This document shows, piece after piece, positions 9,168-18,194 of a stretch of 64,000 nt of DNA. The position numbers and the translations under genes are program-made. Every line of letters starts with the position of its first letter. The stretch's first letter is position 1. This DNA is from Candidatus Kerfeldbacteria bacterium (GTDB lineage: Bacteria > Patescibacteriota > Patescibacteriia > UBA9570 > XYC2-FULL-38-9): the NCBI GenBank assembly GCA_016182555.1, contig JACPGJ010000008.1, positions 156,272 to 220,271 on the forward strand, in the 5' to 3' direction. The notes below the pieces were generated by a model. The model saw only the letters and a program-made list of their open reading frames with translations, was not told the origin of the DNA and ran no database searches.

Positions 9168-11397
9168 AGAGTTCTTTAGCTTTATGATCTTTTCGTCGGC
9201 GGATAATGAACGTGGCACCAGATACCACCAGCACAATAATCACCGATGAGAAAATATTGGTATATTTTATTGCCACTTTTTTACCATCTGATAACGTTTT
9301 AATTGGACGATTCAGCGAATTACGGGAACGGATCGTAATAAGTGATACATCTTGGGTAAGCGCATCAATCGCATTATTCAGTATCAGAGCATTATCTGTA
9401 GAACCTTGCAACAAATCATCAGCCACAAATTTGGAGTTCCCCATGACAAATAATTCTGCATTATCCACATGATCTTTAAAATTCACCGTGTCAACATCCG
9501 CTGGTTTATCGACGTTTGCGTAGGCACTGCTGAGTGAACCGGAAAGCAATGCGCCTAATACATGCTGACCGAGTGCATCATTTGCTGGTGTGGTAATCGC
9601 ATCGGGCGTAATACTCTGCAAATCCGTAAACGCGTAGGCGTGAGCTGAAGTTTTCACCAAATCCGTTGCGGTTGCGCCCTGAGGTGTCTGAATAGTCACT
9701 TCACTTGGCCACGGCAATGCGAGTTCTGAAATATTGCCGGTGATTGGATTCTCACTATTCAACCCGCTGCTCACAATTTTCGGCCAGAGCGGATAAGGTT
9801 GCAATACGCGATATGGGCCATTTCCAAATTGCAATGTTTGTGGAGATTCAAAATCGGCTACCAGATTCTGCTCAACCGTTACGCCATATTTGCCAAGCAA
9901 CTTTTCTAAGCCCGTTGTATTCGGTTGCACTTGGCCGTACTGCTCATTCACCACCATGCCGTCGAGCAACACAAATAATTTGCCACCATTCATCACAAAT
10001 TGATCCAGCGTGTATTGTTCTTTATCCGTAAACGCTTCTGTTGGGCCAACAATCACTAAATTCTGTACGTTACTTAAATCATCAAGCGTCACCGCATTCA
10101 CGGAATATTGTTGTTCCAACGCCTTTTGCACCTGACCAGTTGTTTCTACGCCATGGTCAGATAAAAAGCTTATTTGCGGCACTTGTTCACGTGACATTTT
10201 TTGAATCGCGGCGGTCATGTCATATTCCAAATTCGTTGTTTGCGAAACAACAGGAATCGTTTCATATTGGTCACCGTGCACCAAAGCAATGCCGGCATAG
10301 CCATTACTCACTTCATATTTTTCATTGCCAACCACATTAAATTGAATCTGAGGAATGCCATACGTACTGACCTCTTTTTGTGCTGCGGAATCAGCCTTGG
10401 GATCGGTGAATTCCACAATCACATTCCCGCCACCAGCTCGTTTGTATTCACTGGTTAAATCTTCCACATCGCGCTTCAACGCCAACAAATCTTGTGGCAC
10501 TTCTTTTGAGAAAAATACTTTAATTGTCACCGGATCTTGTAATCGCGAGACAATATTTTTTGTTGCATCAGAAAGCGTATATTGTTTTCCTTCGGTCATG
10601 TCGAAACGGACACTGAGTGACATCATCAACATATTCACCACCACTGCAATCGCAACGACCAACACTGTTTGGCTATATGCATGAATTGATTTACGCTGTT
10701 TATCAATAGATTTCGTGTTAATAAATAGGAAAATACCAATAAAACTGAAATAGTAAACAATATCGCGCAAATCAATCACTCCTTTTGCTAAATTCTGAAA
10801 ATGGGTTTGCGTAGACAATAGATAGAAAACTTTACTCAATATTCCTCCGCTATTTGTGAAAAACGACATGCCGAAAAGCAAAAATATAAACCCAGCGACA
10901 ATCGTAATAAGAAAAGCCACAATTTGATTTTTGGTGAGTGACGATACCCACTGGCCAAGCGCAATATAGGAACAACCCAATAACCAGGCGCCAATATACG
11001 CACCAATGACTGGTCCCCAATCTAGGTGGCCAATCGAAGCAAGAGTGATCGGCAATGGCAAAGAAAATAACAATACCAGGGCAACAAAACTGGCTGCCGC
11101 AAAAAACTTCGCGAGCACTGCTTGCGCATCGGATATCGGTAATGTGAGCAATGTTTCCATGGTGCCTAATTTTTTCTCCTCACTCCACAAACGCATGGTG
11201 AGCGCCGGCAACAAAAAGAGAAAGAACCACGGCAACAAACTGAAAAAATCACGCATCGTTGTTTGGCCAACAAGAAACAGATTCTGCCAAAACAACCACG
11301 ACAGTACGACTAAGAACACCACAATAAACAAGTAGGATAATAACGAATGAAAATAACTCTGAAATTCTTTTTTGAACAGGGCGAGTGTGTTTTTCAT
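9160..11397 (-). CDS. Fused GldF-like ABC-2 permease and GldG-like (ABC_transp_aux) domain
   Basis: N-terminal KEFQSYFHS, PALTMRLWSEEKKLGTMETLLTLP and GVIDLRDIVYY; C-terminal DMTEGKQYTLSDAT, LEYDMT, LDQFVMNGG and NAIDAL. Confidence 0.88.
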   Translation of the reverse strand: MKNTLALFKKEFQSYFHSLLSYLFIVVFLVVLSWLFWQNLFLVGQTTMRDFFSLLPWFFLFLLPALTMRLWSEEKKLGTMETLLTLPISDAQAVLAKFFAAASFVALVLLFSLPLPITLASIGHLDWGPVIGAYIGAWLLGCSYIALGQWVSSLTKNQIVAFLITIVAGFIFLLFGMSFFTNSGGILSKVFYLLSTQTHFQNLAKGVIDLRDIVYYFSFIGIFLFINTKSIDKQRKSIHAYSQTVLVVAIAVVVNMLMMSLSVRFDMTEGKQYTLSDATKNIVSRLQDPVTIKVFFSKEVPQDLLALKRDVEDLTSEYKRAGGGNVIVEFTDPKADSAAQKEVSTYGIPQIQFNVVGNEKYEVSNGYAGIALVHGDQYETIPVVSQTTNLEYDMTAAIQKMSREQVPQISFLSDHGVETTGQVQKALEQQYSVNAVTLDDLSNVQNLVIVGPTEAFTDKEQYTLDQFVMNGGKLFVLLDGMVVNEQYGQVQPNTTGLEKLLGKYGVTVEQNLVADFESPQTLQFGNGPYRVLQPYPLWPKIVSSGLNSENPITGNISELALPWPSEVTIQTPQGATATDLVKTSAHAYAFTDLQSITPDAITTPANDALGQHVLGALLSGSLSSAYANVDKPADVDTVNFKDHVDNAELFVMGNSKFVADDLLQGSTDNALILNNAIDALTQDVSLITIRSRNSLNRPIKTLSDGKKVAIKYTNIFSSVIIVLVVSGATFIIRRRKDHKAKELYA

Positions 11398-11404
11398 ATC
11401 GGTG

Positions 11405-12316
11405 TTATTGAGATGTTAATTGTCTAAAAATATCTTCTAGGCTCACTTGTGATTGTTGCATTTCCAGCAACACCCAGGTTTCAGCCACACACAATTGAAA
11501 TATCTCTTTACGGACATCGTGTTTCCCAGACACATGCACAACAAATTCATGGCCATGAACATGCTTCACCTCTTCAACGTGTGGAATGGAAGCCAGACCC
11601 GCAACCACATCATGCACGCTACCTTCAATGACCGCACGCACTTCCGACTGCCCTTGCGCGCTGTTCATCAATTCATCTACGGTTCCCGCAGCAACAATTT
11701 TTCCATGATTGATAATAATCGCTCGGTCACACACCGCTTGTACCTCTTGCAAAATATGCGTAGAAAAAATAATTGTTTTCGTTTTTCCAATTTCTCGAAT
11801 GACTTCTCGAATCTGTAAAGCCTGGTTCGGATCCAGCCCAGATGTTGGCTCATCCAGAATGAGCACATCAGGATCACCAAGCAGTGCGGCGGCCAGACCG
11901 ACACGTTGGCGATACCCTTTTGAAAGATCAGAAATTGATTCGGCAATTTTTTCTTGCAAACTACAAATCTTCACCACTCGCGCAATTTCTTCACGAGCAT
12001 TGGGAATTTGCTTTACGCCGGCAATAAATTCCAAATATTCGTACATGCGCATGGTGTCATAGAGTGGGTTATTTTCAGGGAGATAACCAATATGTTCGCG
12101 GGCAGCCAGGGCGTGTTCAGCAACATTCTTTCCATTAATAGTTACTACGCCACTGCTCGGTGCTAAAAAGCCAGTGAGCATACGCATCGTGGTGGTTTTC
12201 CCTGCGCCATTCGGGCCAAGGAAACCAAGCACTTCTCCAGTTTTGACTTCAAACGAAATACCGTTCAAGACGCGGTTTGAATCAAACGATTTTTGCAGTT
12301 CAGATACAACAATCAT
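11405..12316 (-). CDS. GldA-like ABC transporter ATP-binding protein
   Basis: GPNGAGKTT, LSKGYRQRVGLA, ILDEPTSGLDPNQ and STHILQEV. Confidence 0.93.
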   Translation of the reverse strand: MIVVSELQKSFDSNRVLNGISFEVKTGEVLGFLGPNGAGKTTTMRMLTGFLAPSSGVVTINGKNVAEHALAAREHIGYLPENNPLYDTMRMYEYLEFIAGVKQIPNAREEIARVVKICSLQEKIAESISDLSKGYRQRVGLAAALLGDPDVLILDEPTSGLDPNQALQIREVIREIGKTKTIIFSTHILQEVQAVCDRAIIINHGKIVAAGTVDELMNSAQGQSEVRAVIEGSVHDVVAGLASIPHVEEVKHVHGHEFVVHVSGKHDVRKEIFQLCVAETWVLLEMQQSQVSLEDIFRQLTSQ

Positions 12317-12423
12317 GAGTGTAAAAAATAAAATAAATAAAACTATCTTTATATATCATAACAAATTTCAAAGCATATCTGCAATAGAGCGTAGAATTAC
12401 TATATCATCTACGAAACAACGAT

Positions 12424-14943
12424 TCAATTTGTGACAAATTTCCTGTGTTTATGATATAGCACCTTTACACATTCCGTACAGATGAAATAGATACAGACCA
12501 ACGAAAGGATAATACCGAGCTGAACAGCCGTCGGTGGAATAAAATGGAATGTGTGCTGACCAAGCGAGGTAAATGGCAGAATGATGGTGGTGAGCATCGC
12601 AGTGACCGTGAGTAATAACAATGGACGAGAGGGACGTTGTGAAAGCAGGAAAAATCCTTTGGTCCGAATAGAAAATAAAAATACCAACTCCGTAAGAATA
12701 CTGCCCATAAACCAGTTTGTTTGTAGAACCCCTGCGCCCTGATGCACGAATAACCCAAAAAAGATAAAGTCAAAAATGGTACTGATACAGCCAAGGATAG
12801 TCGCCAGTAAAATAATTTCATGAACATTGTATTTTTTTGGTGCGCGTAATTCAGCAGGGTCTACCGTATCAGTGGAAATAGCGATCATTGGAAAATCGGA
12901 GAGTAGGTTGACGAGTAAAATTTGCAGCGGCAACATGGGTAAAAATGGAATCAACAATGACGCAATGGCAACGGCAAAAAAATTTCCAAAATTTGAAGAG
13001 AGTGTTCCCGTAATATATTTCGTGATATTGGCAAACACCGTTCTCCCCTCTTGAATACCATCCACAATCACTGCCAAACTACTTTCAAGTAAAATAATAT
13101 CTGCTGCTTCACGCGCAATATCTGCCGCACTTTGCACAACAAGTGATACACCAGCAGCTTTCAATCCTGGAGCATCGTTAATCCCCTCACCCAAAAAACC
13201 GACTTCATATTTTTTTTGCAACAATTGAATAATGGCATATTTATCTTCCGGAGCAAAACGTGCGAATACGGAAAATCGTTCCACCGCTTGTTGTTGTTCC
13301 TGATCACTGAGTGCATCAAACTCCGCCGCAGTCATCACGTGTTCCGGCGAATCAATCAAACCAATTTCATAACCAACGGCACCAGCCACCTCACGACTAT
13401 CGCCCGTAATCATGGTAATACGTACTCCCAACGCTTCAGCGCGTTGGACAGCAGGAATCGTAGTGGGTTTCACATGATCGACAAAAGATATCATGCCGAC
13501 AAATGAAAACTGAGTATGCATATGCTCCATATCATCTATAGCATCAGCGGCAATTTTTTTCTTCGCAATACCAAGCAACCGGTGACCTTTTCGTCCCTCA
13601 TTCACTATCCATTGTTGAACTTCTTTCTTCTGCGCTCCGTTCATTCGCGTACATAATGCCAAAATGACTTCTGGTGCGCCGCGAGTAATCAATTCGGTTG
13701 TGTGGTCGTGTTCAATCACCACCGCATTGCGTTTCAATTCTGGGTTAAACGGTAATTCTGCACGCCTGGTATAATCTGTTAAACGTGTACGGTCTTCCGC
13801 TGACAACGCTTTTTCCACCGCTAAATCAAATGGTTCATGCTTCTCTTTTTCGGTGTCCGAGACTGCTAAATTCGCATAGAGTAACACGTCATGGTGAGAT
13901 GGTGGATAGGTACCGGCAACCGTCAAAACATTTTCTGTTAGTGTACCGGTCTTGTCGGTGCACAAAATTTCAATACTGCCCATATCTTCAACGGCAGATA
14001 AGCGCTTCACCACGACATTTTTTTTGGCCAACTGTTTTGCACCACGCGATAATGCAAACGTAGTCACCACCGGCAAGGCTTCTGGAATAACACTCACCGC
14101 TAAGGTAATTGCAAATAATAGCAATTCGACAATATTCACCTGGCCATTCTTCAAAAACAAATGCGCACCGATAATCAAGAGCAGTGTCACACCAACTAAC
14201 TGCAAAATAAATCGCGAAAACCGATTGATTCCGCGTTGAAAATTACTGCTGTGTTTGGTTTCGTTTGTTAAATGTGCAATGCCGCCAGCAACCGTACGGT
14301 CACCGGTGGTGAGTACCACAGCCGTCGCTTCCCCATTTACCACCAATGTTCCTGAAAAACCAATATTCAACGCTTCGTGATACCCGGTAGCGATTGCTGG
14401 TAATACATTCGCAATTTTTTGCACCGGAACGGATTCGCCGGTCAACATCGTTTCATCTATCGTTAGGTCATTTATTTCCAGAAACCGAACATCAGCTGGA
14501 ACTTGGTCGCCAGTAGTCAGTACAATACGGTCACCGGGCACCAGTGTTTCTGTGGGCACACGAACACGCACACCTTTGCGAATAACTGTTGCTGATGGTG
14601 CCACATATTTTTTTAACAACTGAATCGTTTTTTCTGAATGGTATTCTTGATAAAAACCAAGCGTTGTATTGATGAAAATAAAGAGCATAATAATAATGCC
14701 ATCGCTCAATTCTTGCAACGCAAAGGCCAGCAATGCTGCACCCATAAGCAAGTACATAAACGACGATGCATATTGACGTATCAAAATACGCCACCACTGC
14801 ACCGAATGGGCAGAGAGCGTGTTGCGGCCATACTGCTTCAAACGCTGGCTTACTTCCTGTTCATCTAAACCCGCCTCCCCATCTGTACGTAGGGCGTGAA
14901 TAATGTCAGCCACTGGTTGAATTGTGTAACGAAATATATCCAT
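12424..14943 (-). CDS. mgtA: Magnesium-translocating P-type ATPase (P3B, MgtA-like)
   Basis: TGES, PEAL, DKTGTLT, SSNFGN and FLPMLPLQILLVNLLSD, plus QTNWF. The hinge reads GEGIND instead of GDGIND. Confidence 0.8.
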   Translation of the reverse strand: MDIFRYTIQPVADIIHALRTDGEAGLDEQEVSQRLKQYGRNTLSAHSVQWWRILIRQYASSFMYLLMGAALLAFALQELSDGIIIMLFIFINTTLGFYQEYHSEKTIQLLKKYVAPSATVIRKGVRVRVPTETLVPGDRIVLTTGDQVPADVRFLEINDLTIDETMLTGESVPVQKIANVLPAIATGYHEALNIGFSGTLVVNGEATAVVLTTGDRTVAGGIAHLTNETKHSSNFQRGINRFSRFILQLVGVTLLLIIGAHLFLKNGQVNIVELLLFAITLAVSVIPEALPVVTTFALSRGAKQLAKKNVVVKRLSAVEDMGSIEILCTDKTGTLTENVLTVAGTYPPSHHDVLLYANLAVSDTEKEKHEPFDLAVEKALSAEDRTRLTDYTRRAELPFNPELKRNAVVIEHDHTTELITRGAPEVILALCTRMNGAQKKEVQQWIVNEGRKGHRLLGIAKKKIAADAIDDMEHMHTQFSFVGMISFVDHVKPTTIPAVQRAEALGVRITMITGDSREVAGAVGYEIGLIDSPEHVMTAAEFDALSDQEQQQAVERFSVFARFAPEDKYAIIQLLQKKYEVGFLGEGINDAPGLKAAGVSLVVQSAADIAREAADIILLESSLAVIVDGIQEGRTVFANITKYITGTLSSNFGNFFAVAIASLLIPFLPMLPLQILLVNLLSDFPMIAISTDTVDPAELRAPKKYNVHEIILLATILGCISTIFDFIFFGLFVHQGAGVLQTNWFMGSILTELVFLFSIRTKGFFLLSQRPSRPLLLLTVTAMLTTIILPFTSLGQHTFHFIPPTAVQLGIILSLVCIYFICTECVKVLYHKHRKFVTN

Positions 14944-14957
14944 GGTTTTCTATCGGA

Positions 14958-15488
14958 CTACCGAGAAATATACAATGCCAGAGCACGGCGGACAGAATCA
15001 AACCCAATACCTGGAAGGTCAATATCTTTCGGCTCAAAAAATTGGTACTCCGTCACTTCGCTTTCTTGCAATCGAATCTGTGGTTCACCAACAATGTGCC
15101 CCACAAAAAAAATATCAATCAAATCATAACGTACACCTGTATATTCGTACACATTCGGCAACGCGACAAAATACTCTAACTGCGTCACGCTAAGGCCTGT
15201 TTCTTCAAAAATTTCACGCTGGGCTCCTTGCTCTGGTGTTTCGCCAGCTTCAATAAATCCACCCGGCGTATCCCAACAACCAGCTGATGGCTCTTTCGCG
15301 CGGCGCAACAACAAAATTTCGCCAGCTTCATTTATCAAAATATTTCCATTACCAACAGCCGGGTTGAAAAAATACAAAAATCCACACACCAAACAGCGAG
15401 AATTGTTTTCTTGTGGTTCGCAATGCAAATTTGGGGCCCCACATTGAGGGCAAAACTGAAATAATTCTATTGGTCGTTGTGCTTGCAT
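14958..15488 (-). CDS. NUDIX hydrolase with N-terminal zinc ribbon
   Basis: FCPQCG...CLVCG and the Nudix box GGFIEAGETPEQGAQREIFEETGL. Confidence 0.9.
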   Translation of the reverse strand: MQAQRPIELFQFCPQCGAPNLHCEPQENNSRCLVCGFLYFFNPAVGNGNILINEAGEILLLRRAKEPSAGCWDTPGGFIEAGETPEQGAQREIFEETGLSVTQLEYFVALPNVYEYTGVRYDLIDIFFVGHIVGEPQIRLQESEVTEYQFFEPKDIDLPGIGFDSVRRALALYISR

Positions 15489-15490
15489 GG

Positions 15491-15805
15491 TTAAATCACT
15501 CGAATACCGGTATGTCGAATTTCGTAAGACATCGGGTTTGCGTCATCAGCAAAATCAGCAACAGTAAAACCATGTGGTTCAATACGATGATCTACTCCTA
15601 AACGCAAATCCCACAGTAAGACTCTATTCTTATCATAATTTCTTTTCAATTTATCTGACACAACAGCAACATCAATATCGCTCCATTTATGGTGCGTTTT
15701 TTTTACATAGGAGCCAAAAAGATAGATTGCTACAATAGGATAATTCGCCTTCTGTAAGGCTTGAGCATACTTCTTCACAATTTTTTTTACTTCAGTTCTT
15801 GACAT
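15491..15805 (-). CDS. Minimal nucleotidyltransferase (MNT) antitoxin-like protein
   Basis: YLFGSY...SDIDVAVV, IEPH and EIRHTG. Confidence 0.88.
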   Translation of the reverse strand: MSRTEVKKIVKKYAQALQKANYPIVAIYLFGSYVKKTHHKWSDIDVAVVSDKLKRNYDKNRVLLWDLRLGVDHRIEPHGFTVADFADDANPMSYEIRHTGIRVI

Positions 15806-15882
15806 AGTTTTTTATAAAATTGCACTATCTGTTTAAAATACGGCTGCGTATACTTCTTATCGCATTGTTTATAAAATTTCAA
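15787..15882 (-). pseudogene. C-terminal remnant of a HEPN-domain gene
   Basis: Reads LKFYKQCDKKYTQPYFKQIVQFYKKLCQELK* and overlaps the MNT start by 19 nt. It resembles the terminal helix of HEPN partners of MNTs; the 5' part is missing. Confidence 0.55.
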
Positions 15883-15940
15883 TAATAATATTATAGCGTA
15901 GCATAGAGCCTAAATCAATAGAGATGGGTATACATAAATC

Positions 15941-15969
15941 AAAACTCGCCCCCAGAATGGGAGCGAGCT
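15941..15969 (-). terminator. Intrinsic terminator of the RRM gene
   Basis: Minus strand CTCGCTCCCA-TTC-TGGGGGCGAG followed by TTTTG. Confidence 0.7.
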
Positions 15970-15984
15970 ATTGATACGAACTGT

Positions 15985-16263
15985 TTAGTTGTCGTATTGT
16001 CGTCGAGGACGATCATCTCGAGGGCGTGCTTCGTCAACTTTCAGCCTTCGACCATCGAGTTCTTGGCCATTCCACATTTGGATTGCAGCCTGAGCTTCTT
16101 CATCAGAGCCCATTTCTACGAATCCGAAACCTTTCGAACGGCCAGTCATCTTGTCCATGATAATGTTACAAGAGACGACGTTACCTGCTTGAGCAAATGC
16201 TTCCCGCAGACCATCTTCAGTGGTACTGTAAGAAATACCACCCACAAATAGCTTTGTTGCCAT
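15985..16263 (-). CDS. RRM (RNP-1) RNA-binding protein
   Basis: KLFVGGI (RNP2), RSKGFGFVEM (RNP1) and DGRRLKVDEARP. Confidence 0.95.
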   Translation of the reverse strand: MATKLFVGGISYSTTEDGLREAFAQAGNVVSCNIIMDKMTGRSKGFGFVEMGSDEEAQAAIQMWNGQELDGRRLKVDEARPRDDRPRRQYDN

Positions 16264-16397
16264 TGTTTTGTGTTACGAATTAAATGTGCAGGAAGCCGTT
16301 TTTAATGGCTCGAACGCGAACGTTACTTCTTGGTTTCGAGAACGGGCACACTTTTGAACGTATGCACAGTATCTAAACGAAAGAACCTACTGAAATG

Positions 16398-16426
16398 ACT
16401 ATACAGGACATCGATAAAAAAGTCAA
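16398..16426 (-). promoter_or_regulatory. Sigma70 promoter of the RRM gene
   Basis: TTGACT-17 nt-TATAGT on the minus strand, about 135 nt upstream of the ATG. Confidence 0.65.
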
Positions 16427-16510
16427 GCACGCGTTCAATTGTGTTCAATTGGTACTATGTCTTACTATCCTGGTGGGGTATAACATTAAAATTTGTTTGG
16501 AAGAATATTG

Positions 16511-16552
16511 AAAAAGAAAAAAGGCTCCGCAGACATGTGTGTCTTTGGAGCC
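16511..16552 (-). terminator. Intrinsic terminator downstream of the DGR-target-like gene
   Basis: GGCTCC-AA-AGACA-CACA-TGTCT-GC-GGAGCC followed by TTTTTTCTTTTT. Confidence 0.75.
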
Positions 16553-16577
16553 CATCGCGATTGCCCTGATCGCGATG
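16553..16577. repeat. Perfect 9-bp GC-rich inverted repeat (hairpin/cruciform)
   Basis: CATCGCGAT-tgccctg-ATCGCGATG, about 75 nt downstream of the stop at 16651. Confidence 0.8.
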
Positions 16578-16650
16578 CGCCGTACGGAGCAGCCGAGAAC
16601 CCAAGGGCTCAAGACCCAGAATGGCCAAGTTCCCAAGGATCCCAGTGCAA

Positions 16651-17247
16651 CTACTTGCGAACGCGGACACGCACGAAACGGCAATCCTGATACCACCGAT
16701 CGTCGAAGCTGAAGAAGGAGAGGTATCGTCCGTAGTTGTACTCACGGACAGAGCCGACGACGCGAACACCGTCGATCTCCGTCTCTTCACCGCAGATGGC
16801 CACCATCGGATTCTCCTTGCACTCCTCGGCGTGCGCATCGATGCAGGTTTCCCCTTCCGCCCAATCGGGAAGACGATAGCCAGGCTCGTTATACCAAGCA
16901 ATCACTTCCGCAGTATTCGGGGCATGATCGAACTGGCCGATGTCGAAGATGACATTCGCCTGTCCCTTGCTACGAACTGGGAACAGATCGACTGTCGCCT
17001 TCGAACTGCAATAGGCGTACCGACTCCGATCAATGACCTTCCACCGATGAGACTCATAGTCCACCAGACAGACACATAGATTGAGACCGAGTGCCTGACC
17101 CAGCGACAGAATCTGCTGCTCGGTGACAGGCTCTTCCTGATAAAGGGCTTCCACCATCGCCTGCCCATAGAGCTTGGCATCATCGTTCCTGCCAAGCTTC
17201 TGTGCGGCCAAAGCCAAAAGGTAGAAGTGTTCTGCTGATATGTACAT
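16651..17247 (-). CDS. GC-rich hypothetical protein; putative DGR target with a C-terminal variable region
   Basis: AAGGA RBS, own terminator and visibly higher GC than the flanks. C-terminus DGVRVVGSVREYNYGRYLSFFSFDDRWYQDCRFVRVRVRK is rich in NNC/NNT codons. The CDS is well supported; the function is inferred. Confidence 0.65.
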   Translation of the reverse strand: MYISAEHFYLLALAAQKLGRNDDAKLYGQAMVEALYQEEPVTEQQILSLGQALGLNLCVCLVDYESHRWKVIDRSRYAYCSSKATVDLFPVRSKGQANVIFDIGQFDHAPNTAEVIAWYNEPGYRLPDWAEGETCIDAHAEECKENPMVAICGEETEIDGVRVVGSVREYNYGRYLSFFSFDDRWYQDCRFVRVRVRK

Positions 17248-17300
17248 AGAGAATCCTTTCTTTCTAGAAAAGGTTACTAACCACAGCGCGTGTCGATATG

Positions 17301-17377
17301 AGCACGTGCCAAAACCAGCTGGCTAACCAAGTACTGTAAATACTACTACCTGATTATGCAGCTAGTCAGCACGTGCT
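17301..17377 (-). other. Long imperfect hairpin in the 5' leader of the 16651-17247 gene
   Basis: Nested stems on the minus strand: AGCACGTGC/GCACGTGCT, CTAGCTG/CAGCTGG and TAATCAG/TTGGTTA. The mismatches are G-U pairs on this strand. Confidence 0.6.
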
Positions 17378-17512
17378 ATTTTATAAAAAGACATCATAAT
17401 AGAGCATGAGTTTAGACCATTTGTCAATACTTCGTTCGAAACATTGATCAATTTGACACATCGCTTCACTATGTATTATGCTACTAACAATAATTTATTG
17501 TATACTACACCT

Positions 17513-18190
17513 ATGCATATTATCATTCGTGATTTGACCAAAGAATACAAAATGGGGAAAGAAAAAGTGGGCGCCCTCAAAGGTGTCTCGCTAGATATTG
17601 AAAAAGGAGCAATGATTGCGTTGATCGGTCGCAGTGGTAGCGGAAAAAGCACCCTGTTACAACTGATCGGTGGTTTAGACACACCAACCGCTGGCACCAT
17701 TTTGGTGAACGAAAAGGAACTAGGAAAAATGAAAGACCGCGAACGATCAACCTATCGCAATAATATCATCGGCTTTGTGTTTCAATTTTTTTACTTGCAA
17801 CAATACTTGACCATTTCAGAGAATGTTCAAATCCCACTCATATTCCAAGGAGCGGAAAAAGGAACAAGGGAACAGCGTGCAAAAGAAGCACTGGAAGCCG
17901 TTGGACTGGGAGAAATGCTCAACCGTTTGCCAAACCAGTTAAGTGGTGGACAAATGCAACGCGTGGCGATTGCTCGTGCGCTCGTGCACAAACCGGAAAT
18001 TGTACTTGCTGATGAACCAACCGGCAACCTGGACGAAAAAACGGGAGACGAAATTATGGATTTAATAAAAAAATTGAATAAAGAATTACAGACCACGTTT
18101 ATTATTGTCACACACGATTCGCATGTAGCAGCACAAGCAGACCGCACCATTAAACTGGCTGACGGAAAAATTGTAACGACTAACGCATAA
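17513..18190 (+). CDS. LolD/MacB-type ABC transporter ATP-binding protein
   Basis: GRSGSGKST, IGFVFQ, LSGGQMQRVAIARAL and ADEPTGNLD. Confidence 0.93.
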   Translation: MHIIIRDLTKEYKMGKEKVGALKGVSLDIEKGAMIALIGRSGSGKSTLLQLIGGLDTPTAGTILVNEKELGKMKDRERSTYRNNIIGFVFQFFYLQQYLTISENVQIPLIFQGAEKGTREQRAKEALEAVGLGEMLNRLPNQLSGGQMQRVAIARALVHKPEIVLADEPTGNLDEKTGDEIMDLIKKLNKELQTTFIIVTHDSHVAAQADRTIKLADGKIVTTNA

Positions 18191-18194
18191 TTTT

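Noticed and set aside
16455-17195. Alternative overlapping ORFs (16621-17079 +, 16455-16901 -, 16902-17195 -)
   Set aside because: These are expected shadows of a GC-rich gene; only 16651-17247 has an RBS, a terminator and a recognisable C-terminus.
16651-17247. Complete DGR cassette in this window
   Set aside because: I found no reverse transcriptase, avd or second copy of the repeat, so only a candidate target can be claimed.
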